From: Octopus vulgaris
Lineage: Eukaryota
Direction of reading: 5' to 3'
Assembly: GCA_951406725.2 (NCBI GenBank)
Contig: OX597819.1
Span: 76,446,001-76,510,000 of the forward strand
DNA length: 64,000 nucleotides
The translations under genes and the position numbers were made by a program. Shown here piece by piece: positions 39,471 to 53,486 of the stretch. The notes beneath the pieces are model-generated. The model was not told the origin of the DNA. It ran no database searches and saw only the letters and a list, made by a program, of their open reading frames with translations. Each line of letters starts with the position of its first letter. Positions within the stretch are counted from its first letter, which is position 1.

Positions 39471-41786
39471 ATTAGACGCTTCACATCCTATAACATCGCT
39501 CGAGAGAAGAGCAGAGGGATTCAGGATCCCTACTCTTCTTCCACATGCATCACAGTTCTTTGAACTATTATCTCATGGAAGAGAATGGGGTTTTGTATTT
39601 AAGCTCTTTTCAAACATTACACACGAGCTTTCTTACCTGTTATATTGTTGTTTATATTAATGAGTCAGATCTGCGTGTAGCTCAGTTCAAATGTGTGTTT
39701 CAAGTATCGTAGTTTTCCTCGTAGTCTTTAATGTCTGTTTTGATTATATAAAACTCTGATCAAATCTTTCTAGCTATGTTACATGTCATGCCATCTTATT
39801 TTCACATTCTGCATCCAAGACTATTATCCAAATTATGCCTTTCCCATTTTGAGAAGTTAGGTTATGCTTTTGGCTGGATTCGGCCTTTTTATCTCTAACG
39901 ATCATATATAAACTTCCTTGTTGACTCATTCTTGTTATTGTTGTTGTTGTTACTGTTATTATCGATAAGGACTAAGGTACTTTTAGGGGTGTGATTTGTG
40001 GAAATAGTGCCAGTAATGGTGTTTGTATTGGTCATACTTGGAGCTACGCAAATGGGAATCGATGGGGACATAACATCCACTTCGTTGCTGCTTATGAATA
40101 TTACCCTTAGTGGTAGCTGTGTCATGGGAAATCATTGGTGGTGATCGTTGTGGTTATGGTAGTAATTATTTTGTTGTAGTTATACCATGAGTTTTCAGAA
40201 AATTAAGTGGTACTGGTTTCACTGGCGTTTTTTACTACAGCGTTTTTTTTTTATATATTAATCTTAAAATCTGTCGCCATTTTCACGCATTGCTGGAAAA
40301 TCACAATTTATCCACATTGGTATTAACCATCTGTTATGGTCACAATCATCTCTGTGGGATGACCGCAGTAAACTCTGTCATAAAGTTTCAGAAATATTTT
40401 AATAATGATGATAATGATGATTATTACTGTGATAATGGTGATTATGACTACGAAGACGATACCCTGAAATGAAGCAAAAAAGAAAAACGAAAACAGTTAA
40501 ATAATATTTGTCGAAAACATTTTTATATTAATCTTCTTTAACAGATGCAGGTAAATATTTATTTATTTCCTCGTGGGATGAATATCGAGATATGCTAAAT
40601 TTTCTGAAACTTAACCTTTCTGCTATTCAGAAGTTTTATTTGTAAAATATTTTGTCATCGATTTTCAATTTTCACAAAATTATTTCGAATTTTGTTTCAA
40701 AGCTGGAATACTTTAGAGTAATAGAGATTAAAAAAATAAAACACTCAAACAATTTTGCATTCATACGTGTTGTTAGTGTTGTTGTAGTGCTGTTGTTTTT
40801 TTAACTCGAGATTCATCCTGAACCAGCACACTAATTACCAAAAGCATTCCAACTGTGAATATCTCATTCCTTATATAGCGACGCAGTAATTAGCACCATA
40901 CAATCTGGTGTGTCGTTGATATATTTAATGACGATAGAGAGATCTGTAGCTGCTGCTTTCTGCAGGTCGAGCAATGAGGTAGCTCTTCCCCATATCAGGT
41001 GTTATGTTGTTGTTGTTGTTTATCTTCAACCGAACGCTTGATAGATCAGGCTACTGTTTAAAAGAAGAATACCAGTTTTAACAGCTTGTCTGATTCTTTA
41101 AGACATACTATACCTTCAACCCCATTAGCCAACATACATATTATTATTTATCTTAAGACGGTATTAGTGTGTGACTTCAAGAAGATTTAGCTCCTGTTTC
41201 TTATATGTCCAGCAATTATTTAGGTTGCATATCAATACTTTGTATCAATTAATAATCTTAACATAAAATTATGTTTTCCGGGAGAGTCATTTGAGCAACC
41301 CTCAAAATACCTAGCAGCATTTTTCCATTTCTTTACTTTCGTTTTCACATCCCTTCAAGATTAACTTTGCCTTTAATTCCTCCCACAGATGCTAGGAAAA
41401 TGTACCAGTTAAGTCCCGGTCGACATTGACTTTCATCCTTTATATCTCGATAAAATAAAAACCAGTTGATCACTAGGGTCGACCTAATCGACTGAGCCCC
41501 TTCCTTCGAAAATACTGGCCTTGGGCTATAATTTGAAACAAATATTAATACCGATTTCTAACGTAGGTCAAGGCCACGAATCTGAGGAGAGTATATACTC
41601 GATTAAATTGACCTACTGTCTAGTAATACAGAAGTGCTTTATTTTATGTACACGGAAGGTTGAAATGCAAGGTTGTTGTCGGTCGAATTTGAACTCTGAA
41701 TGTAAAAGATCTCAACTGAATATTGTAAGGCTGCCATTTTGTCTGACACAACAAGTAGAATGATAATTCTTTTCGACACGTAAATA

Positions 41787-42154
41787 CTGAACACTATATA
41801 TAAAGGATAAAATCCTTTTAAGAGCCAAAAAATTTGCCCGCAACCAGCCATGATGATCGAACTTACACCCCTCCAATACCCCGTTGGAGTGCTGTACAAT
41901 TTAAGCCAAACTGCCGACCGGCGAATTCTTCTGCAATGTTTGTATACATATGACGTAACCTATATGACATCTGGCGTTTCTGGATGACTTTATAACTTCT
42001 AAAATTGCAGAAGAATTCGCTAGTCGGCAGTTTGGCTTAAAGGGTTGAGAACTCGATTCGGATATTGGAAGGGTGTGAGTTCGAACCTCGTGGCTTGTTG
42101 CCGGCAAATTTTTCTGTTCTTAAAAGGATTTTATCCTTTATATATACTGTTCAG
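41787..42154. mobile_element. 368-bp palindromic MITE-like element with TA duplication and two tRNA-like arms
   Basis: TA-CTGAACACTATATATAAAGGATAAAATCCTTTTAAGA...TCTTAAAAGGATTTTATCCTTTATATATACTGTTCAG-TA; inner arms 41900-41937 / 42004-42041; only ~60 bp of centre unpaired. Confidence 0.88.
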
Positions 42155-43249
42155 TACTAGTTGAGCACTGAGTTCGATATAATTGACTTATCCCTTCCTC
42201 CGCCATTGCTGGCTTTGTACCAAAATTTGAAATCAGTAAGCATTTTCCCAGTTATCCTAACAGTTTTGCCTACTAGAGAGCGATTTAATAAATAACATAG
42301 CCCAAGTCACACAAGGTTTTAAAATATGATGAGTTGGTCACAAGGAAAAGAAAGAAACGCTTTATATCTTAGATCAGGTTATTTAGAGCTAATTTTTGAT
42401 AAACACTAACAATTGCAACAGCAGCGATTTCAAAGATGGCGTTGTAACATCAACCAATCGACATGGCTTTAGCAATTTAAAACAAACATGATAACTAAAT
42501 GAAATTTGAAACTATATTCCTTAAGAGTTCATGTCCCTGCTGTGAAAGACTATCACCTCAGTGTTTGATCACTATCTGTCATTGTCAACTAGTTTCTAAA
42601 TCAATTAAACATATCCGACTCATATCATTTCACGAAATTTTAGAATCAAGTGTTTCCATCCAATATAATTTCAATTAAATTTAAATTAATATAGAACGAG
42701 AAAAAAATTAATTTGTTATTCTGGATATAAAATTAAAAATAGTGAAATTAACAAAAGCATATAAAAAGTAAAAATTCTTGGTGAAAAATAAATCTTTTAT
42801 TAACTTTACAAGAGGGGGAATGCCTAACATTTCACATACATAAACACTTTCTCAATTGAAAACACATTTAAACACGAAGACACGTCTGACAGACTTATGA
42901 CTAGACTCACTAATGTGTAAGAACACACAGGCACAATGAGAAGTGCTAACATTCATAAGATTACACACTGCAGCATATATACGCGCGCCCACGCACACCC
43001 ACTCGAACACACACACCTACCACCACCACCACCCACCCCACACACGCGCGCACACACACATATACAAATACACACGCAAACACATACACACATAAGCATA
43101 GACAGATGGATTTACAAGTAAGTAAAATATATTCGAATATCCGTCGGCTTCGGAGATAAATATTTCAATTATCCGAACAGCTGATCTAACTACGGATTGA
43201 ACGAAAATCTAAATAGCTGTTTACTTCGCAGATATTTGTACCTATAATA

Positions 43250-43814
43250 TTGGGTTGTCCGGAAAGTTCGTGCCGATTTATAGTAGCCTACATTTCGACT
43301 TATTTTAGAACATGGTTGAATCTATAAAATAGGATTTGACTACACCTCCATTTAGAGCACAGTTTAAGCTATCTTTTCGTGGAACAAGGTTTATGTTCCT
43401 ATAACCTGTGTTAATTTTGTAACCCTTTAAAATGGAAGATAAGAAAGTTCATTTTCGGCACTTGATGCTTTGGGAACCAGACAAAAATTGCTGCAGCTCG
43501 GCTGGGATGTGTTACCCCACCTCCATATTCACCAGATATTGTTCCTTCGGATTTCCACTTATCTAGGTCTCTGCAGAATAGTCTAAATGGTAAAAATTTC
43601 AATTCCTTGGATGACGTATAAAGATACATTGATGAATTCTTTGCCATGAAACCACCTCAATTCTGGGAAGAGGGTATTTTCAAGTTAAAGGAAAGATGGA
43701 GACGCATTGTGCAACAAAATGGTTTATATTTGGTTGATTAAAAGTGTAATGGCAAATATTTATTGACCTTTATCTTTCCTTTAAAAATCGGCACGAACTT
43801 TCCGGACAACCTAA
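43250..43814 (+). mobile_element. Internally deleted mariner (565 bp)
   Basis: TA-TTGGGTTGTCCGGAAAGTTCGTGCCGATTT ... AAATCGGCACGAACTTTCCGGACAACCTAA-TA; MEDKKVHFRHLMLW fused to QKLLQLGWDVLPH..YSPDIVPSDFHLSRSLQNSL. Confidence 0.93.
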
Positions 43815-46304
43815 TATATCCGTCAGACAGAATAGGTGTCATGTGATGCAGTGTACGACAAGACTGTCTTTTGAATTACACATTCAATCTATCCGACCCA
43901 GTTTCAAGCTGCCCAATTTCATTCAATCTGAAGATCAGAAGCATAAGTGTAATTAACTATGTCAAGAGAGAACTTAAATAAAATCATATTCTCGAAACCC
44001 CATGGCGCTTAATTTGTGTTATATGTTCTTTGGTACAGATAGCAAATTCTGCAGGTTGACACTTAAATCTTTCTGGTTGATTATACGATTCATGAGGAAT
44101 AGTTTCACCATCATGATTTCTAAATCCCTATTACATTTAACAGTAAAATATTGTTCCATAATTGTTCTTTATTGTTCAAAATTGTTCTAAATTCATCAAT
44201 GACGATCGTATTTTTCCTTATATGCATGGAGTACAGGACCACGATTTCTGGAGTATTTAAAGAATGTTGAATCTGATTTTGGGGTAGATTTGAGAAGTTG
44301 AGCATGCTCAGCGATCACGTGGAAGTGTTGTCGTTATCTCCCCAGTCCGAAGGAACGAATTGTAGTCTGCGTCGGTACAATAGTACAGTGCATTTCATAT
44401 GTTGTGGGGAAAATTTTGATGCTGGGGATTGATTCATTGCGTGAGAGAACAAATTATAGACAGCAGAAGGATGAAAAGCAAAATCGACCTTGAGGAGATT
44501 TGGACAAGAGACTCAAAGGACTATATCTGAAAACATTTTATCTGACGTCTTATTAGATGATGACACATATTTTCTCTTGCAGACGAAGTCTCAGTTTCGA
44601 AACATCAGATTCCTCTGCTTTCCACTTTTATAAGATTATCCAGCCTCATGAACTTACTTCACTAACACATATCAATTTTAACATTGCGTTGTTTACTGAG
44701 ACTATGTGTATCGAAATTGAAGAGAGTTGCATCAAACAATAATATAAAATTGCATTAAAAAAACCCGCTGAAATATAACTCACGAATGCTTCTATTTTAA
44801 AAATATTTACTGATTTACGTGATTGAATATGGGCATGCTTAGACAAAGGCTATCCAACCTTCAGTTACTTGCCTGCTGCTTATTTTGTCTTTGAATTTAA
44901 GAATGGGTGTGTTTACTGATCAAAACGAAGCGAAAACCGGATACCACGCAGTACATTTTTCTTCTACGCATCGACACAAACTAATGAACACATGCATGCG
45001 CACGCATACACACACATAAATGCACACACACACACATACACACACACACACACACACCCACACCCATACCCACACACACACGTATATATTTACACTAGAA
45101 GATATTGACAAAGGTTAATATATTAGGAATATCAGAATCGTCACGTGGAGTGAAATCTCATATGTAGGTTTATACAAGAATCCTTATATATATATATCAA
45201 TTTATTTTACAGGTCGACCTAATTATCAAAGGAAAATGAAATTTGTTATATCATTTCAAAACAGTATAAAAAATTTTCCTTTGATAATGAGACAGCTTCC
45301 ACTTGTAAACAGATACATGTTTGTAAGGTTTCTAGAATAAATCTCCATTTGCACATAAATGTGTGTGTGTGCATGATTGTATTTTCTGCGTCCGCACACA
45401 TTCTGTGTGGGAAGGTATTATAAACATCTGCAGGAGCAGGTCGCTCCAGTCATCTTTGTTGAGTTTAATATTGGCCAGGAGGAATTCATGTTACTAGACG
45501 GTGCCCAATGGATTTTGGGTTCGCCCTTGAATCATAACACTCTACCGTGTGCAGACCGGCCGTTGTAGGTAGATCACTACTCGTCTTCTGGCTTCCTCTT
45601 TAAATTCTCTCTGTTGTTAGGTAGCCAGACTGAGGATCTTTCTGTTGCCTCACCCATCGTGGGGGTAGCTTCCTTTTACCCCCCTTTCCATTATTTTAAT
45701 CTCCATACAGTTTGGGCAGGGAGTCTCCTACAGCCAACTGCGAGTATGAATAAACATGCCTGTGAACCCTTCTCGCTGTAGTCCTGCAAATCGTTCTGAG
45801 ATTTGTTGCTCTTCTATTCAAATACCTAAATAAGAACTTTTTACCACCTTTGGAGAAAGAGATCGGCTGCGACCAGGTGTTTATGCTTCAGTTGGTGTCA
45901 TCTACTCATCAGTTGTCCTGAACTAGATATGTGTTGGACACATATATGGCCTAGTTATTTTGCATAATTCAAACGAAAAGGATCGTAAAGAAATAACTCA
46001 GTGACCATAGCTGGTGACGCCTGTTGAGGCAGAAACACCTGCCTTCGGCTCTTCTCTTGTCTCCAAGGCTGTTGTCCTTTCCTTAATGGGGTAACACTTT
46101 TGGACAATTTTGGATAATTGATTCTTTAGATTATTTTCCATTCTAATTTGAAATTGTTCACAAATGCCACCAGACGAGTAATTCAATGAATCAAAAATCG
46201 ATCCTGTATGGTATTTATTACACTTTTATTCACCTTTGCTGCTTCAAAAACATGCTGCTACTGATTCTGAGAAATTTCTTTATTTCGTTTTATGCAATGT
46301 GGAC

Positions 46305-46727
46305 AGAATCGTTAGCACGCCGGACAAAATAGCTGTTTTCCATCCGTCTTTGCGTTCTGAGTTCAAATTCTGCCGAGGTCAACTTTTTCCTTCATCCTTT
46401 AGGGGTTGATAAAATGAGTAGCAGTGGAGAGTGGGGTCGATGTACTCGACTTTCCCCCCACCTCCAAAATTGCTGGCCTTGTACCAAAATTTGAAACCAA
46501 TATATATTGGCTTTAAAGTGTCAAGCTGGCAGAATCGTTAGCATGCCGGACAAAATGTTTAGCTTCATTTCATCCGTCTTTACGTTTCGAGTACAAATTC
46601 CGCCGAGGTTGACTTTGCCTTCCATCATTCAAGGTCGATAAAATAAGTACCAGTTGACTACTGCGGTAGATGTAATCGACTTGTCTCATCCCCTGAAATC
46701 GCTGGCCTTGCTCCAAAATTTGAAGCA
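46305..46727 (+). mobile_element. Two tandem tRNA-derived SINE copies (13544 family)
   Basis: Copies at ~46305-46500 and ~46524-46727, each agaatcgttagca.gccggacaaaat...gccgaggt..acttt...gctggccttg..ccaaaatttgaa. Confidence 0.85.
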
Positions 46728-48085
46728 TTATATATTCGCTTTACTTTTCATACTGTAGATAAATATAAAAGAGCGAAATTTATTCTTTCCTCAAAACCAA
46801 TTGTAAAAGATTCAAAGGAAGCTAATTTCTGATCTCGAGCAGGAACATGAGAGAAGTTTTAGAATGAAGGTATATTATATATCCATATGTAGCCTATGTG
46901 CATGGGTGTAAAAATATTTTTATCAAATTATACCTTTCACAAACGTTGAAGACGTTTAATCTTACACGACATTTAATCGGAAGCTGTTTTTGAGACATGC
47001 ATGCTGTCCGAAAAATCCTTGACAAAATTACTTAGCTTGACTTAGGAACAAAACTTAATTCTATAGAACAGATATCAGAGTCATTTAAACAGATCTCAGG
47101 ATATTACAGATGTTACATGTGCAATCAAATAAAAGATCTATGTGTTCATTCTACATCAGAGATTCTCCAGCTCTTTTGGGCTACCACCCACTTGGCACTC
47201 AAGTCACATAACTGCTCCTCCGCACACACATACTCACTACTACAAGCACACTTCCTGCAGTAAATTCAAAGCAACTGTATTTCACAAATATAACTTAACC
47301 TAATCCACCCATTAACTTTTTGCTTTTACATCCATCGCCCCCTTTGGTCACCTCTCCATCGTTCCCTATGACCATTCCATTATCGTCACACTTTACTTGA
47401 ACGCTCCCTTGATTTTTCAACCGCTTCCGGGGCAAGTGGGGGCAGTACTGTCCACTTTGGGAACCACTATACTACCTGCTAGAAGTAGAAGTGGCATCTC
47501 TCTTAAATCACATACAAACACCATGAGAAAACAGAACACATTGGAGAGTGTGGTCCTCGAGATACAAAATGGCTTTACACCTTGATCATATGTTAACTTC
47601 ATCCGAGCAAATCTACGATAGAAAATAATGACAGCAACTGTTGGTATAATCGTTATAAGAATAGATGGAGCGTATGACAAACTTTAACTTGGTTATACCA
47701 GAACTTAGAATACCCGAACAATAAGCAAACTTCAGATCTTTCGTCTACCCACCGCGCGAAAGGAAATTATCAATTTTTTCATATAAATTTTGTCTGGGGT
47801 AATGTAATTTGAGAAACTAATTACACTTGGCTGTTCTTATTAACCCGAAGCGACTTTCGTTAATTAGTGATATCTATATCAGCTGGTTACCTGCTGTGTC
47901 CGCCTGCTCTTTCATCTGGGCGTCGTCTTTCTTTTGCTATATCAGTTACAAACTGGTTATCTATACTTTTACACACTTTCTATTTACGTATTTCACAGCA
48001 CATGACAGGCACGAACATGCAGCGCGTATAAAAATACAGGAATAAAGTACTGAATCATCGTGTGAAATGTTTGTGCGTGCGCGTG

Positions 48086-48137
<52 letters not shown>

Positions 48138-48819
48138 AACGTGCGCTCGTCCATGTACGTACGTTTAAAAAACACACAGTCAGCTTTACTGTGTAAATAG
48201 AATGCAAAATTATTTACGTACGACAGTGTCTTTGATACCTATTTCTTTATTACCCACAAGGGGCTAAACACCGACAGCTGTGCACTTACGTTTGCAACTT
48301 GTATTAACAAGACCAAAGGACTATTTCTCTATGTCATCTTATCCAGAGTTGCAAACAGTAGAATGTTTTTCATTTCAGCTTCTTTAAAAAAATGGCTAAG
48401 AATATTGAATACCACCAAGCATTAGAATATGTATTGGAAGAAGTTGCTGATGAGAAAACATTTCATTTAGAACAATTATCTGAATTACTACAACATTAAG
48501 AAAATATTTTGTCAGGAAATATTAAAGGATGTTTGTTTAGAACGTACATTTGTTTATTTTTAGCGGATTTTTTAGTCTCGATTTTCGGAATTACTTCCAC
48601 GAATCAACACTCAGTAAATTAATATTCCAGGAGCAAATGCAATTTGTCTGCATTTTCTTAAAACAATTTCTTTAAGATCATGCGAATTCCTGTGAATCTA
48701 TTTGTTGTATATGGGTTTCAATAAATCTCGTCGAGTCTAGGAATCTCCCCCTCTCTCTCTCTCTTTATCTATCTATCTATCTTATCTATCTGTATGTATA
48801 CATATATACAAACACACAC

Positions 48820-48878
<59 letters not shown>

Positions 48879-49671
48879 CATACATATATATATACACTCA
48901 CACACGCACACACACACACACGCACACAAACATATATATATTTGTGTGTGTATGTATGTATGTATGCATGTATGTATGTATGTATGTATGTATGTATGTA
49001 TGTATGTATGTATATAACAATTACACTATCAGCATGTATTTGAAAAACCTATATCGGATAATTAAAAAAGTTTTAATGTTCTGCCTGCATTTGTATTTAC
49101 TTTCGTTACAACCTGGGTATGAGTGTGTATGTGTGTGGTTGTGTGTGCGTGCGTGTGTGTATGTGTTTGTTTGTGTGCGTTTGTTTGTGTGTGTTTGTGT
49201 GTGTGCGTGTGTGTGTGTGCTAAAAGCAACTAGAACCTGAAGCCGTTTGCCTAGGATACAGCAAGGGAAAATACCCTAGAAGGAAACATACAGATTGGTT
49301 GAATACAGGAAAATGGCCCTGCCAACATTAAAAACAAACAGGAGATCGGCGCCTGAACCGCACTGTATGTCTCGTACTTGTGCAATGGTCTGCTCAGGTG
49401 ACGCCGAATATCGATCACACAATTGAAACAAGCCATTAATACGTAGAATCTAAAGTACGAACGGGGACGCTTTTATGAATACGGCTGTGGGTGCCGATGC
49501 AAAACCAACGTTGATATTCGAGAAGCAATCCTATGTTGACACCATCAGCTCAAACCTTCTGGATCATGTTTTCGAAATTCGATATTGAATATGACTTTAG
49601 CTTCCAAACGAGTCCAAATAAGCAAATACATGAACATAAAAAAGATTTAATAAAAGGTAGATATAAGTTTA

Positions 49672-51150
49672 TATGTGTTCATTAGAAAGTGGCTAGGCCT
49701 ACCTCGTATGTTGAACAGTTCAGCTCTTTATCGTAAAAGAGATGCGTTGCAGCTACCAATAGCATCAATAGTCGAAATATATAAGCTGGGGAAGATACGG
49801 ACGGTCATGATGCTGAGAGAATCGAAGGATATGGAAATCAGGCGTAACCCACCAGAGGTGAAAACAGCCAGGAAGTGGAAAGCAGAAGCAGAAGCTGACG
49901 ACATCTTGTCTTCTCTTATACACAGAGATATGGTGGGAGCAAAGCAGAACCATCGGAAAGGACTTGGTTTTGGCGCAGATCAGTTCAGACCGTTTGCAAG
50001 CATGATGCGGAGTGAACGTAGATCTATTGTTAGCAATAGCGTCAAAACAAGAGAAGCAAGAGAGAAGAGAGCTTCATTTGATCCGATGTGATCATCAAGG
50101 TCAGATGACGAGATGGGAAGAACATGTTGAGTGGAAGATAAGTTGGGATGAGATGTGGAAGTGGACGACATCTCGGCTGAGTTTCCTGATTCATTCATCT
50201 TATGATGTTTTGTCATCACCTACGAATCTAGTAAGATGGAACGTCTCAGAGAATGACATCTGCAAATGTGGAAAGGTCGGTACACTAAAACATATTATTT
50301 CCAACTGTTCATTAGCATTGAACAGGTATACATGGAGGCACAACTTGGTCCTTAAGGTTATCTTCAATGCTAGAAAGAACCAAATTCATCTCAACAACAC
50401 TGAGAAAAAACCGTTGAAAGTACCATCTAGAGATTTCATTACCTTCGTGCGACCAGGTTAGCGGATCCGTTTCAAGAAGAAGATCAAGAAACTTCCTGAG
50501 AGAACTGAAAAGTGGAACGGCTATTGGGAGGTGACTGCAGATTTACCTGGGTGCCAGGTTTTCTTTCCCATCCCAGTTACGAAAAAAAACAGATATTTTG
50601 ATGTGGTGTGAAAGAAAGAAAGTTGTAAATATAGTCGAGCTAACGGTTCCTCATGAAGATAATATGGACGCCGCTCGGGCTCGAAAATTGAACCGTTATG
50701 TAATCCTCCTCAAGGAATGTGAAGACGCAAGCTGGAAAGCGGAACATTTTCCTATCGAAGTCGGATGTAGAGGGTTTGTTGGACACAGCGTGAGACGACT
50801 GTTGTTATCGCTAGGCCTAACTCATTCGTAAAGTCAATACCACCATGACTGATATCCAATCTACAGTGGAGAAGGCTAGCCACTGGATTTGGTTAAAAAG
50901 AGACGATGAGCGATGGCTAGAAGGATATTGAGTTTAAATTCATAACCAGCTGATCTAGCAAGCGAGGCCTCATATCAGTGAGGGTGGGGGGCGGTGCGCA
51001 TTGATGCCGTCGAGAGGTAGGCCCCGAAACTGCGCGCATTCTCTCCTGATGACCCCATACACTTGCTGGCTTCCGGTATACGGAGCTTTTGACTGGTAGC
51101 ACTTGCATGTGCAAGTTGTTTGCAAGACATCATATGACCATACTTGTCAA
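49672..51150 (+). mobile_element. Hero-like (R2-group, RLE) non-LTR retrotransposon, 5'-truncated, with 3' UTR
   Basis: RKWLGLPRMLNSSALY...LQLPIASIVE...KTARKWKA...QGQMTRWE...ISWDEMWK...YDVLSSPTNL..CKCGKVGTLKHIISNC...YTWRHNLVL...IVELTVPHED...PIEVGCRGFVG...EKASHWIWLKR; few disruptions. Confidence 0.88.
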
Positions 51151-53207
51151 TACGTTAAATTCTCCAAAGCAAAGCAATTGCTAAGACGTTTGGTTATTTC
51201 AAATAACTGAAGCTCAGGTTATGGATTAACCACCCACTTTTCTGCTTCTTTTGAAGAACAAATATAGAGAAGGAAAACATTTCTTGAAGTAATGAATTAA
51301 TGCTGATAGGTAGTTTACGGAACCTTTTAGTCAACATAGGCTTTCTACTTGCAAGAAATAAAGATTAAATTTTTACAAACTTAAATCCCATTGTTATATA
51401 CAACTTACACATTGAATAATGTAACCCCAAGTAACGATAATAATTGGAATAGCCATGATTGTTATGCTTTTGAACATGTGTGTTCAGACTCCTTAAATGA
51501 GATTTAACTGGAGACAAATAACAAGAAGTCAAAATCAACTTCTGCAAGATTTGAACTCACAACGTTGAAATGCAAAACTATATAGAACCATAATGTAATG
51601 TGTTTTGTTAGAGTGACCAGCATTTTTCTAATCTTATCTCTTTTAGACCGTGTAGTAATAGTTTAGATGAGTACGTAGAGCTATTGTTATCTAAACTCAG
51701 GTAAGCCAAAAGCAGACATATCCTATTAAGCATTATATTCTATTGACTTGCATTTAATTGTTCAGATGTAAAGTATAGGATGGCTTCTTTTTATTCTGAT
51801 AATTATTTAAAGAATTGCTTCACTGCTGTCAATGACACTTGATAAAGTTACTGTAAAGTTACTGCACAATACAGATCAACTGATTAAGCCAAATATTTGA
51901 CCTTATACCACACGACATTTGAGTCATCGTTTTTAATGTAAGGTTTGCATAAGTCGTGTCATTCTACTGACCAGAGGATCACGACTTCTTATCACTGACA
52001 CTGCTTTGCTTTAGATTTGTAATGAACTTTGTCGGAGGAGAAATATTAACCTTAACGACGATTTTTATGAGATAGTAACTGGTAAACGAAGGGTGATGAA
52101 GTTATTGTTGGCTTGAAGATCTTACACGAATGCTCGCTAAAAATACGCAGATCCTTGTAGTGGATTAAATCTACTGTATTAGAATAGGAACAATATTCTG
52201 CATAGGATTCTACTCAGTTTCCATGTATGAAAAGCCTATCATATGCATGAGTTCAACCCTAGGCTACGATAGGGGGTCCGAAAAGTAAAACTCGTAGTTG
52301 CGACTTCAGAGACACAATTCTTTTTTGACAAAATTACCTGGCTATAATTACATGCTATGTCTAGGATACACTTCACTGTACAAAGAAATGAGAGAACTAT
52401 ATAATGGACGTGAACTTCAATACCTTTGTTTGTTAGATGAAATCCTTCTTTGGTTAAAAAGCAACATAAAAACCTTTCCAATACCGAACTTAGGACCAGA
52501 TTCATATTGAATTTCAGTATTGCTTCCTGCAAGTAAACAGTCTTCCAGTGAATGAAGCAAAAGTAAAGAGCTTGTTTGTGGTCGGTCGGCGCCCATAAAA
52601 TAGAAGTTAGATATCTCTCAAAATACTTCTTATCGCCTTTCACAAACGAAAGAGTTAGACTGGATAAGGTTGTCCTACATACACAGTATCTGCAAAACAA
52701 AGGGACTGAATGCAGTGACTTTTGATCATAAATTTGTTCAATGGGCACCGATCTTGGATTAAACAACTATACAAACACTGGTTGCTGGTAATAAGATGCT
52801 GTTCGGCCTCCAAATCAGTCGTGTTTAAAATTTGTTCCAACTATGGCTATCAGCGTTTTTTCTTTGTATATCGAGGATTACATTGTCCAGTGAGTTCTAC
52901 ATTAAGACGGTGGTTTTTGCTCTGAGCGAGATTTCTCTCTACTTTCTAACGGTTGGAGACTCTTTATTGTGGTACCTTCATTGACTCGACATATTTTTCA
53001 ATTAGGAACAATATATATTTGTTATATTAGTGGTAAGCAAGAGTCAAACATCTCACGAGAGAATTTAAAGAACAGTTTCGAGTCTCATTTGAAAAGTATT
53101 TCCCTTCATTTACGACGTTAATGCCTTAGAAAAGCATCAGTATTTCAACGTCACACATATCACTATGTTAGAGTAGTTATTTAAAGGACATTCTATAAAA
53201 CAATGTG

Positions 53208-53455
53208 TGGAGGCACGTGGTTTAGTGGTTAGGGTGTCAACATCATGATCTTAAGTTTGTGGTTTCGATTCCTGGACCGGGCGACGCGTTGTATTCTTGA
53301 GAAAACACTTCATTTCACGTTGCTCCAGTCCACTCAGCTGGCAAAAATGAGTAACGTTGCGATGGACTAGCGTCCCGTCCAGTTGGAGGACACATACGCC
53401 ATAGAAACCGGAAAACCGGGCCCATGAGCCTGGCTAGGATTTAAAAGGGTGCATT
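53208..53455 (+). mobile_element. tRNA-derived SINE
   Basis: tggaggcacgtggtttagtggttagg (A-box), ggtttcgattcctgg (B-box), body gttgctccagtccactcagctggcaaaaatgagtaac. Confidence 0.88.
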
Positions 53456-53486
53456 TTATTTTATTATGATAAAACAAAGTAAATAT

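Noticed and set aside
45865-45920. Minus-strand CTGATGA followed by TAAAC...GTC
   Set aside because: GAAA is mutated and stems I and II do not pair; insufficient for a hammerhead call
48392-48500. Short ORF MAKNIEYHQALEYVLEEVADEK after an acceptor-like site
   Set aside because: Stops after 35 codons; could be a DNA-transposon N-terminal remnant but no TIRs or further motifs were seen
52239-52766. 175-aa minus-strand ORF
   Set aside because: No recognisable domain or splice context; the opposite strand has only a faint RT-like phrase (LVVATSETQFFFD), too weak to call
53208-53290. tRNA-like sequences here and at 53487, 55445, 27900
   Set aside because: SINE heads with A/B boxes that continue into SINE bodies and lack a proper cloverleaf; not tRNA genes
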